Of a DNA stretch of 64,000 bases, positions 35,514-47,990 are shown in pieces. A model generated the notes under the pieces. That model searched no databases. It had not been told where the DNA came from and saw only the letters and a list, made by a program, of their open reading frames with translations. Each line of letters starts with the position of its first letter. Within the stretch, counting starts at the first letter, position 1. This stretch comes from Lytechinus pictus (taxonomy: Eukaryota). Position numbers and translations under genes: made by a program. The stretch lies in NCBI RefSeq assembly GCF_037042905.1, contig NC_087252.1:10418001-10482000 (forward strand), written 5' to 3'.

Positions 35514-37857
35514 ACAATTGACCATGTAATGATTATTATTTGTTTGATCAAATATGTAGGAAAAATTACAAATTTTTCTTGTTTAAATTTAAAAGAATGG
35601 AATGGATTATACTTACAGCACACAGGTCCGTCTGTGGTGTTAATTAATGTTAAAGTAAATGATTCTTTCTTTGTTTTCCGAAAGTTTCAATTTTAATTAA
35701 ATTATGAAATTTCTCTGAGGATATGTTGTTTGTATTTAATTCGAGTTCTATGTCATATTAATTACATTATAAGTATACGGTATACCCCACCCCCTCTTTC
35801 TGTTGAAATTGCAATAGTTTAGCAATAGGATCTCAGGAAGTTCCACAATTGAAGTGAATTTAAAGTTAAGGGGAAATTTTCACTAAACATTGCACATAGA
35901 TACTTTAACACCTGAATACTCCAAATATGCAAAAATTAATGCATGTGCTTGATTTTTTGCTATTAGAGCTTCAAAGTTCACCCAAGTAGATGTGTTTATG
36001 AATTATGCATTCATTAAAGAATTGGGCATTTTTAGACCTCACGAGATCACTACGTTGAGTTTAAACCTCGATTACTCTGTCAAAATCCATGAAAATTTCA
36101 TAAATTTTCGCAATTAAATGGGTTCTTGTACCGTTTGTCTTTATCCAGTAGATGCTGAATCAGCAATGTTCACAGCTGTGGAAAGAGCAGAACAGTAGAA
36201 GTAGGTTTTAGAATCCTCTAGCAAAAATTATAGTAATTGTATCCTTAAGATGGAGGTTCTATTTGTATTGCTTTTTGTTTGCTCTTTTACGTCTAACAGC
36301 GCTGTCGGTTCTAAAAAAAATGGTGTGAAAGATTAAACCCAATCTCAAAAATGTGGAAGTTCAATAACAAACTTGAGAAGTATAATAGATGCTGCATTTT
36401 ATTTATGTCATTTTCACCAAACTTTTCAAAGTTGTAGAAAAAGGTGTACCTATAAGAAAGAGGTTCAAACATTAAAAAATATGGGTTCATGTGCTTAGAG
36501 CAAATAAGCTTTTTTGAAAAATGTGCCTTATGCTTTGTATCTATATGAGGAAAAATTCCCAACCACTCTACCATTTATGAAACTCAGGGTCTTATTCATC
36601 ATACTTTGCAGCACTTCAGAGTAAAGTATTTTGAAATTGTAGAATTAGTTTAATTAATCACATGTTCATCTATTGTGACATTAGCATGCAGAGTGTAAAA
36701 TATGCGCAGATCATGATGCGCACAATTTGTGTGGAACGTCCTTAAGCAAAATCATTTGGAAGTTTCAAAAGAAAATCAGATCTGTCAAATTATGCAGGCA
36801 AAATTGTCACTTTTTAAAAGTCAGTGTTATTAAGTGTGAGCCAAAATAAGTGACATGTTTTCAATAATTTGGAGATTTGTTTCTGAAAAAACAACTTTTT
36901 TATGCACTAAAAACCTCAATAGATTTTATGATTTCAAAATTTAGAAAATGTACGAACAGTTTCATAAAAACTTTCAGGAGAGGTTAGTGTAGCGAGGTCA
37001 GGAAAAAAAGACAATTAGATTTCCATCAATTACAGAATTTTGTCAAATCATGTATCCAGGGTCTATGCCTGCAGACTACTATTGACCATGTGATCTTTGA
37101 AAATGACATATTTGCTTTGAATATTCACAATCTCTACATGGTTTAATTTTCAAAAAAGGTTGGTCAATAGGGTAACATCTACCAAATATTTGCTTCTTGA
37201 TATTGATCAATTAAAATGTTATTAAAAAAGTAAGGAATTAATCGTTTGTTTTAAAATCTAGTTCAACCTCAGTGATTTGTTTTAAAGAAAAAAGCAGAAT
37301 TATGAAAGATAAGGAAATCGGTCAATCTATACATATTTATATAACCAGATTTTATTTCAAATTTGTGAAAATTGTGTTAGCTTTACAACAATGTGAGTAG
37401 TAACACATTAAAGCCACATATCTCCTCTTTCTAATGTCTGATATTGATTTATTCATACACCGTCATGGATGGCTGAGTAATCATTCTTTTTGGACAATAA
37501 GGACAAAGTTGACAAGCTTGGGGCCAAGTTTTAGATACTGCAAGAATCATGACATTTTATTAGAAATTGACTTAACAAAATGGAATAATGGAATTAACAC
37601 TGGTGGATCAATGGGGGCACATCCAGCTCATGCCCCCCTTATGGGAGCCATAATAAAAATTATTATGCCATATTTTACCCAAGTGTTTCCCTCCCCCTTT
37701 TGAAAGTGAGATCAGATTATTAAAAAAAGTGTTATACAAACCTGTTCTGACCCAGGAATCCAGTGTCAATTGGTTCCAGTTGAAACCGAGTCAATTTCCC
37801 AGGGAAAAATTCTTCTAAATTGAACAGATTTCTGTAGCTCGGGAAGATTGTACTTAA

Positions 37858-38441
37858 AGGAGAATGAAACTCTTGGAGCAAGTTAGCTTTTGTGAAAGCA
37901 GAAAAATCAAAGAATAAGATCAACAAAAGTTTGAGTAAAATAGGACTAGCAATAGAAGAGTTATGAGCATTTGAATGTCGAGATCACTAATGCTATGGAG
38001 ATCCTCCCATTGGCAATGCAACCAAGATCTATGATGTCACAGATGAACAACTCGCCCCTTTTGGACACTGAAAATATACCCCAAAACATCTCTTTTTGCT
38101 CATTCTAATCATATGACAAACGATTCATCAATGATATAATGTTGTGAAACCTCTGTACTTGTCCTCTCATAAAGAGAACACCTCACCTTGTGATAGACTC
38201 TATAAAAGTGAGAATATAAGTGAAATAAGTACTAAAGTAATGAGGGAGTTGTACGTGTGTGACATCAGAGATCTTGGTCGCATTGCCAATGGGAGGAACT
38301 ACATGGCATTAGTGATCTCAATATTCAAATGCTCATAACTTTCTTATTATTCATTCAATCTTCCTCAAACTTTCAACAATATGTTTCTTTGATTTTTCTC
38401 TTTGATATGGATTCAGCTGGTTTCAAGGGTTTCATTCTCCT
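37858..38441. mobile_element. TTAA-target (Kolobok-like) MITE with long imperfect arms
   Basis: TTAA-AGGAGAATGAAACTCTTG / CAAGGGTTTCATTCTCCT-TTAA. Internal GTTATGAGCATTTGAAT / ATTCAAATGCTCATAAC inverted repeat. Confidence 0.8.
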
Positions 38442-39201
38442 TTAATTTTACATTTTTAGTGAAATTGAAGGATTTTGTGCCTGCTTTAATTTGGTGAATT
38501 TTGTTAAGTTTTCAATTTATATAGGGCCAGGATATACCCCCCCCCCCCGGCCCCCAAGCGTAGGCTAGGGCAGCTACCTAGTGTTTTTAAAAAGTAATTG
38601 CTAGTGTCTTTCTCAAAGTGTTTAATAGATACAGCTCTGATATATTAGCCCGGCCCTATAATTGTCCCCTATCATATAGCAATTCAACATATAAAACTGG
38701 CAGCGGCCTCGAATCGAGATGGATCACAGCCGGCCCGTGCCCCCCCCCCCCCCCCCTATTTGAGAGGCCCATTAAAAAATTTTTTTAAATTGTAATGTAA
38801 AAATGCTGTTAAACAATAGTGTGCCCCCCCCCCCCCCCCTTGACCTTTTTTTTTTTTTTGCTTGTCAACTTTTTTCGTGGACAAAAAATACCCCCTTCAT
38901 TTCTTCATTTTTTGTTTGAAACCCTTATTTTATTTTGCTGGTCATATTTGTGCCCTTTCTTTGAAACTTTTCGTAAAACCCCGTATACCGGTAATAAAAA
39001 TTATGTCGAGTTTGATTCTCTTGGACTGGGAGACCGCTTGTCCAGAGATCTCGGAGCACCCAAAAAGATATATATCCCTGTAAAAGTGAGAATAGAAAGA
39101 CGCACTACTCGAGCAAATTTTCGTATAACGGACACAATTACCAGCCGATAAAATGCACGCGCCGAATATTGCAATAGACCTACGTGTATTATTGCGCGGC
39201 G

Positions 39202-39333
39202 GCCGCCATATTCTACATGCAGTACGTTGGAGTGACCGAGTGATGGAAGTAGGCTACACCATAACCATAAATAAAACCAGCGAATTTTCTACCTTAGAAG
39301 TGGAAATTTGATATTATCTAACGAGTAATCAAG
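39202..39333 (+). promoter_or_regulatory. Candidate promoter / non-coding first exon of the second zinc-finger gene
   Basis: CpG-rich patch with GCCGCCATATT (YY1-like), followed by a possible donor AAG|gtaata at 39333/39334. No transcript evidence. Confidence 0.3.
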
Positions 39334-39708
39334 GTAATAATGCAGGTATTATTGAAACTCTATTCTTGATGACGATTGTGTATCAATTTATTGGCAATTA
39401 TGTATAAATGAGGCTCAACCCTGTTCACGCTATTTTTAGTGACAGTAACCGTACGTGCGCTATCTTTTGCGTGTCCTCTGCATGCATGCTGCGAGTTTTG
39501 AGCGAGGAGGAGGATTGATGAATGATGGGTGAATGATCGAACGTGACATTTCTGTCGACGTCATGGGGGTGGGGTTGGGATATGAGAAGACATGTAGAGT
39601 CCAGTGTTTAAATTACTTTTTATTTTTACTAAAAATTTTAGGGAACCATAAAACATATTTGCCATTTTGAAAAAAAAACGAGATTAATATAATTGGACGT
39701 TCGACTGT

Positions 39709-40168
39709 CAGTGACTAGAGGCGCACGGCCAATATTGGACTTTTTGGAGACTGTCTCCAATGGGACTGGAGATTATCTCCAATATCAGAGACTTTTGTAA
39801 AGAATTTGGGTATCCAATTTCAGAGACAGTCTCCAGTTTTGGAGACCAATTTCCTTTGTTTACATTTGCTGCAAAAGGATTACCTTGGCGGCAAATAAAA
39901 ATTTGATAAGGAGATTCCTCATGAGAAATTACCCCTTTTCACCTACTTTAAAAATTCACCGTCTACTTGTTTGATAAGGATTTTTGTTGTCAATCACACA
40001 CAAAACAAATGGGCTTCTGGCCTCAGTGAGACAAAATTTTGGGTGGAAAAAATCATGCTTTTGTTGGTGTTGTTTCTTTGTCCTTTTGCAAAGCAAGTCT
40101 CCAATGTGGGAGATTGTCTCCCCTATTGGAGAGAGTCTCCCATATTGGCCGTGTGCCTCTACTGACTG
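39709..40168. mobile_element. MITE with internal GGAGAC/GTCTCC repeats
   Basis: TIR CAGTGACTAGAGGCGCACGGCCAATAT / ATATTGGCCGTGTGCCTCTACTGACTG. Confidence 0.7.
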
Positions 40169-41106
40169 TAATTTGTCCATCAAATTGGATAGGATGAAGT
40201 TCATCAAAGTTGAACAGAATGATTTGTATTCAGAGGAATCCTATTCATAATTACTTTTTGAAAAAAACTCACTTGAAAATTATTTTATGAAATATTGAAT
40301 CACAGCCTGACTCGAGCTCCACAGCTAACGTCAACATGTCAACTATTTCTAAACTTAAGCTTAACCCATGGAGCTCTGGCCCGCTGCGCGGGCCGGAGCC
40401 CAGGGGCTTACCGTGTATTTGACCATACTCACGGGACTAGCGTGATTTATGGTCTAAATATTTCTCCAAATGAATTGTGAAAACAGAAATTATGCACTTA
40501 CCGCAGAAGGGAGGAGGTAAAGTAGGAAGGAATTAAGGGAGGGAGGGAGAGAAAGAATAAGGGAAAGAATTAAGGAAAAAAAAAAAAGGAGGGAAGAGAG
40601 GAAGAATGAAAACATAATGAAAGGAGAAAAAGAATTAAAAGAGGAAGGGAGGAGGAAGTAAAAAAAAGTTTAATTAATTTAAAGAAAGAAAGAATGAAGG
40701 AAATAAAAAAAGGAAATTTGATAAAGAAGACATGTAAGAAAAAGGAGAAAAGATAGACAAATGAACAGAGAGAGAGAAAGGATCAGGAAAGACAAATAGG
40801 AAATAAAGATAGATGGAACAAAAACGGGGAAGCAGGAAGGATAGAAGGATGAAGAAAGAAGGATAGAAAAGAAAGAAAGGAAAAAAGTTAAAACTTCAAG
40901 CAAACAAAAAAACAATCCAATCATCTAAACAAAAATAATGATATTTGGTGATTTTCAAATATAGGCCTATTTAAAAAAAAAAAAAAAAATTTAGAATACA
41001 CAACAAGACTCGAAACGAAAGCTGAAACAACTAGATCTACATGTATTATGAAAAATCAATAACTTGTTCCTCCGATTACATCTCTAAATCAGTAAGAATC
41101 CATAAT

Positions 41107-41163
41107 TTTGCCTCCGACGAAGATTCTGCTAGGATCGAAAGCTTGGGCCCCTTTTGACTTTCT
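41107..41163 (+). ncRNA. Candidate minimal type I hammerhead ribozyme insert (Penelope-like element end), copy 1
   Basis: GCCT-CCGACGA-A-GATTCT gct AGGATC-GAAA-GC-TT-GGGC. Flanked by the 10-bp duplication AATCCATAAT and absent from the homologous site at ~19177. Confidence 0.65.
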
Positions 41164-41213
41164 AATCCATAATATCATTATACAAATTTCTCGCCGATTT
41201 TGTGATTATTTGG

Positions 41214-44200
41214 TAGTCGGGTCCAGATTTTAAAAAAATGTGCTCATAAAAAGTGCTTTAGGCATTTTGTGTTAATGCTGATTTATCAATTGTTGTAAGG
41301 TAATTCAGGGGTGCTGAATCCAAAAATGCTGTTTGCCAAATTTGATTCCGACGTTTTCATCCTCAAATCGGCAAAAAACAAAATGGCGGCATTTTGAATG
41401 CAATTTCCCATATTAAACGATTTTTATGGGTGATTATATTTCAGAAATGGGTCTATGCGTTATTCTTTATACCCAGGGTTGCAAACATAATTTCTGATTG
41501 AATCGTAAGCCATTTTTAATTCCAAGATAGCTGCCATGATTCACAGCTGCTGATTGATGAATAATATGGCCAAATGTTTGATAATTTTGGGGCGATGCTG
41601 GCATAATCACATTGTGATATCTTTAATATGTCCGCCATTTTTTTTTTGCATGCATAGCAGAAGCAAGACATGGACGTCGCTTTTCCGACAACGGCGATGA
41701 CCATGGCGGCGCGGCGAAGTCAATATCAAATTTTAACCGAGGTTAAGTTTTTGAAATGTCATAACTTTTAGGGTATAGATGTCTATTTCATGAAACTTAG
41801 GATTAATCAAAGTCTATTGAGAACAGGTTATACTTTACAAAAAGTCGTCAAGGGTACCTGGAAATCAAACATAGCGTCCAAAATGTCAGTCATACCATCA
41901 ACTCCAAAAATTAAAGTAAATCATCAAAATCATTAAAAAGCTTTCAAGGCAAATAATGAATCAGTTTACAAGATAGTCAGTGAGTGTGTCAGAGAATCCA
42001 AGATGACCTTCCAAAATGGTGTCTATAATGGACGTTGTAACTTTGAAATGGTCCAAATTCATATAATATCCACCTGGTAGAAATAACTTGGGGTCTACCG
42101 AGAAAAGAATAAAACAAAAAATCATGGTTCCATAGGGAAAAATGATATTGGAAAAATGACAAGGTTCATCAATTGTGCAGTTTTGCAAAAAAATGATTAT
42201 GGCTTTAAAAATAGTTCCTATTTCTTAAAAATTTGGCTGCAAAGTGCATATACTATCTACCTAGAGACATTTTTGTTTCTTTCTCATGATTTCAAGCAAG
42301 TCAGGGGTCAAATAATATAGGTGAAGACGAATTACAGGGATGTGATGATGTCTATTTTGTCAAAAAATTGAAGAATGCTCCAAAAGTTACATTTGAATTC
42401 GCCACCATTGACAAAAAATTACAATTCATATCCCATCTAGCGCCACTATTTGGTGTCTCTGTTTTTAAGACTCATTAAAATATGTTTTACAAGAGTTTGT
42501 GACATAATTAGATGGTGGTAAAACAATAAGTAAACAAACTTCAAGATATAAGGTTCACTTTCACCTAAAAATTTCCGTAATTCACTGAAGTATTTAAAGA
42601 CACGTCATTTTAGTGTTTAGGACTGTCCTATTTCATGATTAGGGGACAGCAGTCATTTTTACGCAATTTTAGAAGTCACTTTGGACTTTTTACGACGAAA
42701 AGGAAAACATACCATCCTTGTTATTTGTCCCAATTTATTATTTTAGCATTCAAACCACAATAGTGTAGATTTTGTTCACCTAATTATGACTATGGTTAGG
42801 GGATGGAAGTCATTTTAGACTCATTTTGAAAGCCATCTTTGAATAATAGACAAAATAGACAGCTTCATACCATTGTAACTAATCCAAAAGTATATTTAAC
42901 CCTTGAAACCACAATGTAGACACGAAAATCATATCTCCCGGTTGGAATCTAAATGGATTATGTCAATTTTTAAGTATCAGTGCAGCCATTTTAAACACTT
43001 GTATTGGAAGCCATCTTGGTTTTTCAGACATACAGGACTATGCCCTTAAACTTTTATATCCTATTATGTAAGGCAAGTCCAAGAAAAGGTCACCCCAGAA
43101 GGCCAAATTTCATCTTTAATTTAAGAAGTTACCTTTGGTGGGGTAAGAATGCCCAAATGTTGAATTTTAAAATTTCATTAAGAAAAATTTGATAATATGC
43201 ATATTTATGCTAATTTGGGGCACCTAATTTGCATAATTGGTAAAATGGGTGTTACGTATGGGACAATTATAAAAACTCATAGAAAATAAAAACAAAACTT
43301 GTGAGATTTAGTCATAGGTGGGACATGGACCCCCAAACATCTTATAACTTTTGGGGGAAAAAAAGTGGTGTCATCTAATTAATTATGCAAATTAGGTCTT
43401 GTCCAAGGATGGAATGTCCCATACGTAACATTTTGAGGATGTTTTTTTAAGTTATTTCTCATAATGCAATACTTGTATTGTTGCATCTCTGGGAAGTTCT
43501 AATATATTAAGTATGAAAATGTTATACCACAAAAAGTTTCAAAAATAGAGTTTACTTTTTAATTAAAAGTTAATTAAGAAATTGGTACGTATGGGACAAC
43601 ATGTTACGTATGGGACATTTACACACAATGTCAATGGGGAGATTTGTGTACAGAGTGAATGGAGAAAAACACATTTCATGAGTGCTCTAAAAAGAGATTT
43701 ACCTTTTCTTTAGTTTTTAAAGACTAATTTGTTATGAATACTGATTAATGAAAACAATCGGAGTGAAAAATTGTTAAAATTGAAAAATATGAAGAAAAAC
43801 AAAAAATAGAAATACACAAGAAATTCATGAAACCATGAAAAACAAGAAAAAAAATGTTGAAATGGCTAATTTCCTTTTCAGTCATATCAAATATGTCTCA
43901 ATAGAACATTTTAAAAGAAAGAAACTTTTGTTATTTCCATATTGTAGATTATTTCAATTTTTTGAATTATAGGGGAAATTGTGTACGTTCTCTATGGGGA
44001 CAAAATGTCCCATACGTAACATGTGATTAATTTGTTTAATTATCGAGTCTGTAATTAGAGGGATTTGGCTTATGACATGAAACTTGCCTAAGTAGATATA
44101 CTAGAGTATTGTGACTTCTATCAAACTAAGTTACAAGTTGTCAAATTAAATACTTTCAGAGAATTCTCAACTTAAAAAAAATGTTTTAAAAATTGTCTTT

Positions 44201-45833
44201 TTTCTGCGCCATACGTAACGGCATATCTTTTCTCTCTAAAAGGTCAAGGTCAAGGAAATATGTCACAATTTTTTGCATGATTATAAATTATTCTTCTACC
44301 ATCATGAGGGTATTCAATCTAATCAAAGTCATTTAACACTATTTTTCAGGTCATTAAAGCCTCTGAAATGTCCCATACATAACGCACGCAAATTCTTGGA
44401 CTTGCCCTGTATTACTTGACCATTCAAACCAAGGGTCAAACAACATAATCATATATCCCACGCGGATATTAAACAAACTATGTCAGTTATAGGTAACAAT
44501 AGCCATTTTAGACTCCAATTTTGGAAGCCTGTTTGGATTCTTGGACATACTGACTGTCCTTGTAACTTGTCCTAATTTATTACTTGACCCTTCAATCACC
44601 AAAATCATATCTCCCAAGATGGATTCTGAATGGATTATGTCAACTTCTAAGTATCAGCAGCCATTTTAGACTCGTTTATTGGAAGCCATCTTAGATTTTT
44701 AGACATACAGGACCATGGATTGCCCTTGTAACTTTAATATCCTAATGTATTACTTGACCATTTAAACCCAGGGTTAGACAACATAATATGTTTTTAGGTA
44801 ACAATAGCCATTTTAAACTCCAATTTTGGAAGCCATTATGGATTTCTGGACATACTGGAACCACTAACTGTCCTTGTAACTTGTCCCAATATAATACTCG
44901 ACCCTTTAAACCATGTGTTATAGTACTAAAAAATCATATTCTCCAGGCGGGTATTAAACAAACTATCGGTTTGAAATTAACGACAGACATTTTATACTCC
45001 ATTTTTACAAACCATCTTGGATTTTTGGTCATGGAGGACCATAGACTGTCTTTGTGACTTGTCCCAATGTATTTCTTGACCCATTAAACCATGGGTTAGA
45101 CACTAACATCATATCCTCAAGGCAGATATTAAACAAACTACATGTATGTTGGGTTTTAGGGTTTTTAGACAACAGCTATTTTAGACCCCAATTTTGAAAG
45201 CCATCTTGGATTTTGGACATAGTGGACCGTTGACTGTCCTTGTAACTTGTCCCAGTTTACTCCCTGACCCTTGAAATCACCAATTAATAGAACCCAAATA
45301 AAAGACACTAAAATAGGTAATAGATGAATTGTGAATTTTTAGGCCATGGCAGCCATTTTTACGCAATTTTGGATTTTCAGGTACCCTGGAGTGTACATGA
45401 ATGTTCACTCTGTCCTTTTACCTCCTACACCATTGAATACATGTATGCACCGAAAAAGATGTCTATGGTAGATAAAGTGTCGGTTATTTTAATTTTCAGT
45501 TAATGGTGGCCATCTTAGATGCCATTGAAAATAACCACTTCCCCAGTTCCGGATTTTGGTAGATTTTTAGATTGTTATTTCTGAGATCAAATGGTACCAA
45601 AAACCATTGACAAACATTTTTGTTACAAGTTTTGGGGTTCAGAATAGAGCAAAAAGGGTGTAGAATGGCGGCCATATTGTTTTTGCCAATTTGAGGATTT
45701 TAACATCAAAATCAAGGTTGGCAAACAGCAAATTTGGACTCAGCGCCCTCAAATTATGCTAAAACACTTCTCAATTCAGCATTAACACGATTTGCCTAAG
45801 GCAGTTTACTTTTATCAAATCTGGACCTGACTA
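41214..45833. mobile_element. 4.6-kb Academ-like non-autonomous element with internal ~140-150-bp tandem repeats
   Basis: Termini TAGTCGGGTCCAGATTT / AAATCTGGACCTGACTA and 3-bp TSD TGG (41211-41213, 45834-45836). Imperfect arms ~180 bp. Repeated AGCCATTTTAGAC..GAAGCCATCTTGGATT..GACTGTCCTTGTAACTTGTCC units at ~42650-45370. Confidence 0.85.
43071..44407. mobile_element. Non-autonomous element with 4-bp TSD (Sola-like) nested in the Academ-like element
   Basis: Termini AGGCAAGTCCAAGAA / TTCTTGGACTTGCCC with TSD TGTA. Repeated GTTACGTATGGGACA motif in both orientations. Confidence 0.75.
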
Positions 45834-46613
45834 TGGTGGAGAGAATCTGCCCCGATCCTACATGCCTAGCTAGTAGCCTGTCACACAATGGCAGGAGGCC
45901 AGTTCCTTTGCGATGTATTGGGTTAGCAAGATATCACCGCAGAACTTGCAAAAGTTTATTTATCGATTTTATTATTGTCTCTGCTTCGTCATCTGTTATT
46001 TTGATGAAAATTTGTCACTTTTAAATGTATTAACTACATTTTGTTCAATATTCTGAAATACGGGACAAATATAGGCGTCCCGGGAAGGGTTTGTCGGGAC
46101 GCCGGGACAAAGAAGCAAAATACGGGACGATCCCAGGATACACGGGACGTCTGGTCACCCTGGGACGGGAGCGATTTTTATGTTGGGAGTTGCTCGGTAA
46201 TTGGCAGTTTTAGGCAGTTGCGAGAGCGATTCCAAAGCACACGAGGGCGGAATCGCTCGTCGCTCCTGTCTATTTTCAACCCTGGCATATGCGCAGACAA
46301 GGGGGAGTGCACATGCACAGACTTGGAGGAACTTGCCATTACTAGTAACCCTGTATGCCTTTTCAAGGTGCTTGGCCCCCCCTGAGTGTCATGCTGCTCA
46401 CGCACATGTGCGTTTGTGAGAAAACCTCAGCTTTGGGTCAAGATTTTGTATTCTGTGCTTTGCCTTTGATTTTGCCCTACAATTACCCAAATTTTAAGAC
46501 CAATTTTAATACTCTGAATGAAAAAGAAAGCAAATTATACACTGTACCTGTACGATAAAATACTAAATATATGCCTCAAGTTGTCTTTCAACTGTGTAAT
46601 CTCTTCCACAAAG

Positions 46614-46892
46614 ATGTCTGACGCCTCCTCAGACGCAGAAGCTCAAGCCGAGGGGCTGACGGATTGGCAAACCAAAGATCGCCTCGTGAAGGAGAAGGTT
46701 GCCAATATGTACCGCTTTACAAACAACGTTGATCTACGTAGGATGCCCCAGGAAACCTTTGAGACTGCGATGGCCAGCCGTGCGACTCTGGCACTGCATG
46801 CAGTACGGAGGAAGAGCACGAATAAGGTCAAGCGGAACTTTGAGACTAACTCGGTGGTTTCGTTCCACAGTGATGATAAACTTATTCGAGTG
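46614..46892 (+). CDS. Paralogous C2H2 zinc-finger protein, first coding exon
   Basis: ATG directly after a pyrimidine tract and aag. MSDASSDAE...VVSFHSDDKLIRV aligns with VISIYRKNSMVRV of gene 1 exon 4. Donor GTG|gtaagt (phase 0). Confidence 0.8.
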
Positions 46893-47467
46893 GTAAGTTG
46901 AACGATCAAATAAAACATAGAAACATAGTTATGCGCCTCCTCTTTTTTAAATGAATTTACATTTCACAATCTGGAATAGAAAATTGGATGCTCTATAAAA
47001 ATCCTTCTTTAAAAAAGAAATAAAGATGCCTACAGTTCTTGCATTTAAATGATGTTCATATTGTATGCTTGGAGCATGAAACAAATGTCACCAAGGCCAT
47101 TGCCATAGGCCATAGATGATTTACTTACTGCACCCAATGCCCCTCTCATTACCCTCTAATTTTTATCCCCTTTTCAATATTTCTTACATACGCATGTATT
47201 TTTTACTACGCTGTAGAAATGTGCCCTCCAAAGAGGCCAATATTATTTTAGGGCAAGGCTTCTCTACAAACGGACCACATTCTTATCCAAAGCCAGAAGA
47301 GGGAGATTTAAGACCTTTTTTTTAATAGGAAATGACAATTAATGGATGGCTTTGGAAATTATATGTAAGCCCTACTACAGAGAAGTGTCTTTGACCTGAA
47401 AATATTGAAACCAAGGGCCCAGATGCTGAAATTTTTCATAAAAACTTCAAAATGCCCTTCATCGCAG

Positions 47468-47608
47468 GTACTTACCGAGAATCTCCCTTTCATGTGCACT
47501 CTGTGTGGAGAGACATTTGTTCACACTCGACCATTACAGGATCATGTAGAAGAGAAGCACAGCTACTTTCAGGAAAATATCGATCTTCAGGCACCAAGGA
47601 AAAAGCCA
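47468..47608 (+). CDS. Paralogous C2H2 zinc-finger protein, second coding exon (isolated finger)
   Basis: cgcag|GTA. NLPFMCTLCGETFVHTRPLQDHVEEKHSYF is homologous to DLPYLCGNCGSAFTHASVLKEHVESKHNYY. Donor CCA|gtgagt. Confidence 0.88.
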
Positions 47609-47625
47609 GTGAGTAACAATGGGGT

Positions 47626-47990
47626 CCGGGGGGGGGGGGGGCCAGTCAAATATATTGCTGTACACATGCGTGACCAAGAAATTTCCAAACACCCCCCCCC
47701 CCCCCCCAAGTTTTTTGCGGGCTTTATTTACACATTTAGGCCCCTTAACAAGATGACGCCAAATATGACCTTGGGGAAAAAGCTTGGGGGAAAAAATACC
47801 CTAAATACGTTTGACCCCGCGATTGACCGTTGACCAAGTCTTTAAAAAACACCCTTTTTTTGAAAATCAGTGTTTTTGATACCCTTAACGAGTCCACGAA
47901 CAGACCGCGTCCACAATTGAAAAAACACCCCTTTAAACGCGTTTTTTGGTCACGCGTGTGTACAGCAATATATTTGACTGGCCCCCCGGG
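47626..47990. mobile_element. CCGG-terminal MITE (EnSpm/CACTA-like); partial copy at ~62081-62370
   Basis: TIR GGGCCAGTCAAATATATTGCTGTACACATGCGTGACCAA / TTGGTCACGCGTGTGTACAGCAATATATTTGACTGGCCC. Confidence 0.8.

Larger units (their letters stand above)
40505..46162 (+). mobile_element. Right part of the hAT-like CAGGGTGACCAGA element, interrupted by later insertions
   Basis: 40505-41210 is homologous to ~18550-19226. It resumes after 45836 and ends with clustered CGGGAC motifs and TCTGGTCACCCTG. Confidence 0.65.

Noticed and set aside
39242..39310. Short ATG-initiated ORF as a THAP first exon for gene 2
   Set aside because: It has no cysteines and closes with TGA before any splice donor.
18138..46162. 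A single 28-kb hAT macro-transposon carrying most of gene 1
   Set aside because: The flanks GTGACAGG and GGACGGGA do not form an 8-bp TSD, and gene 1 exon 1 lies outside the span.
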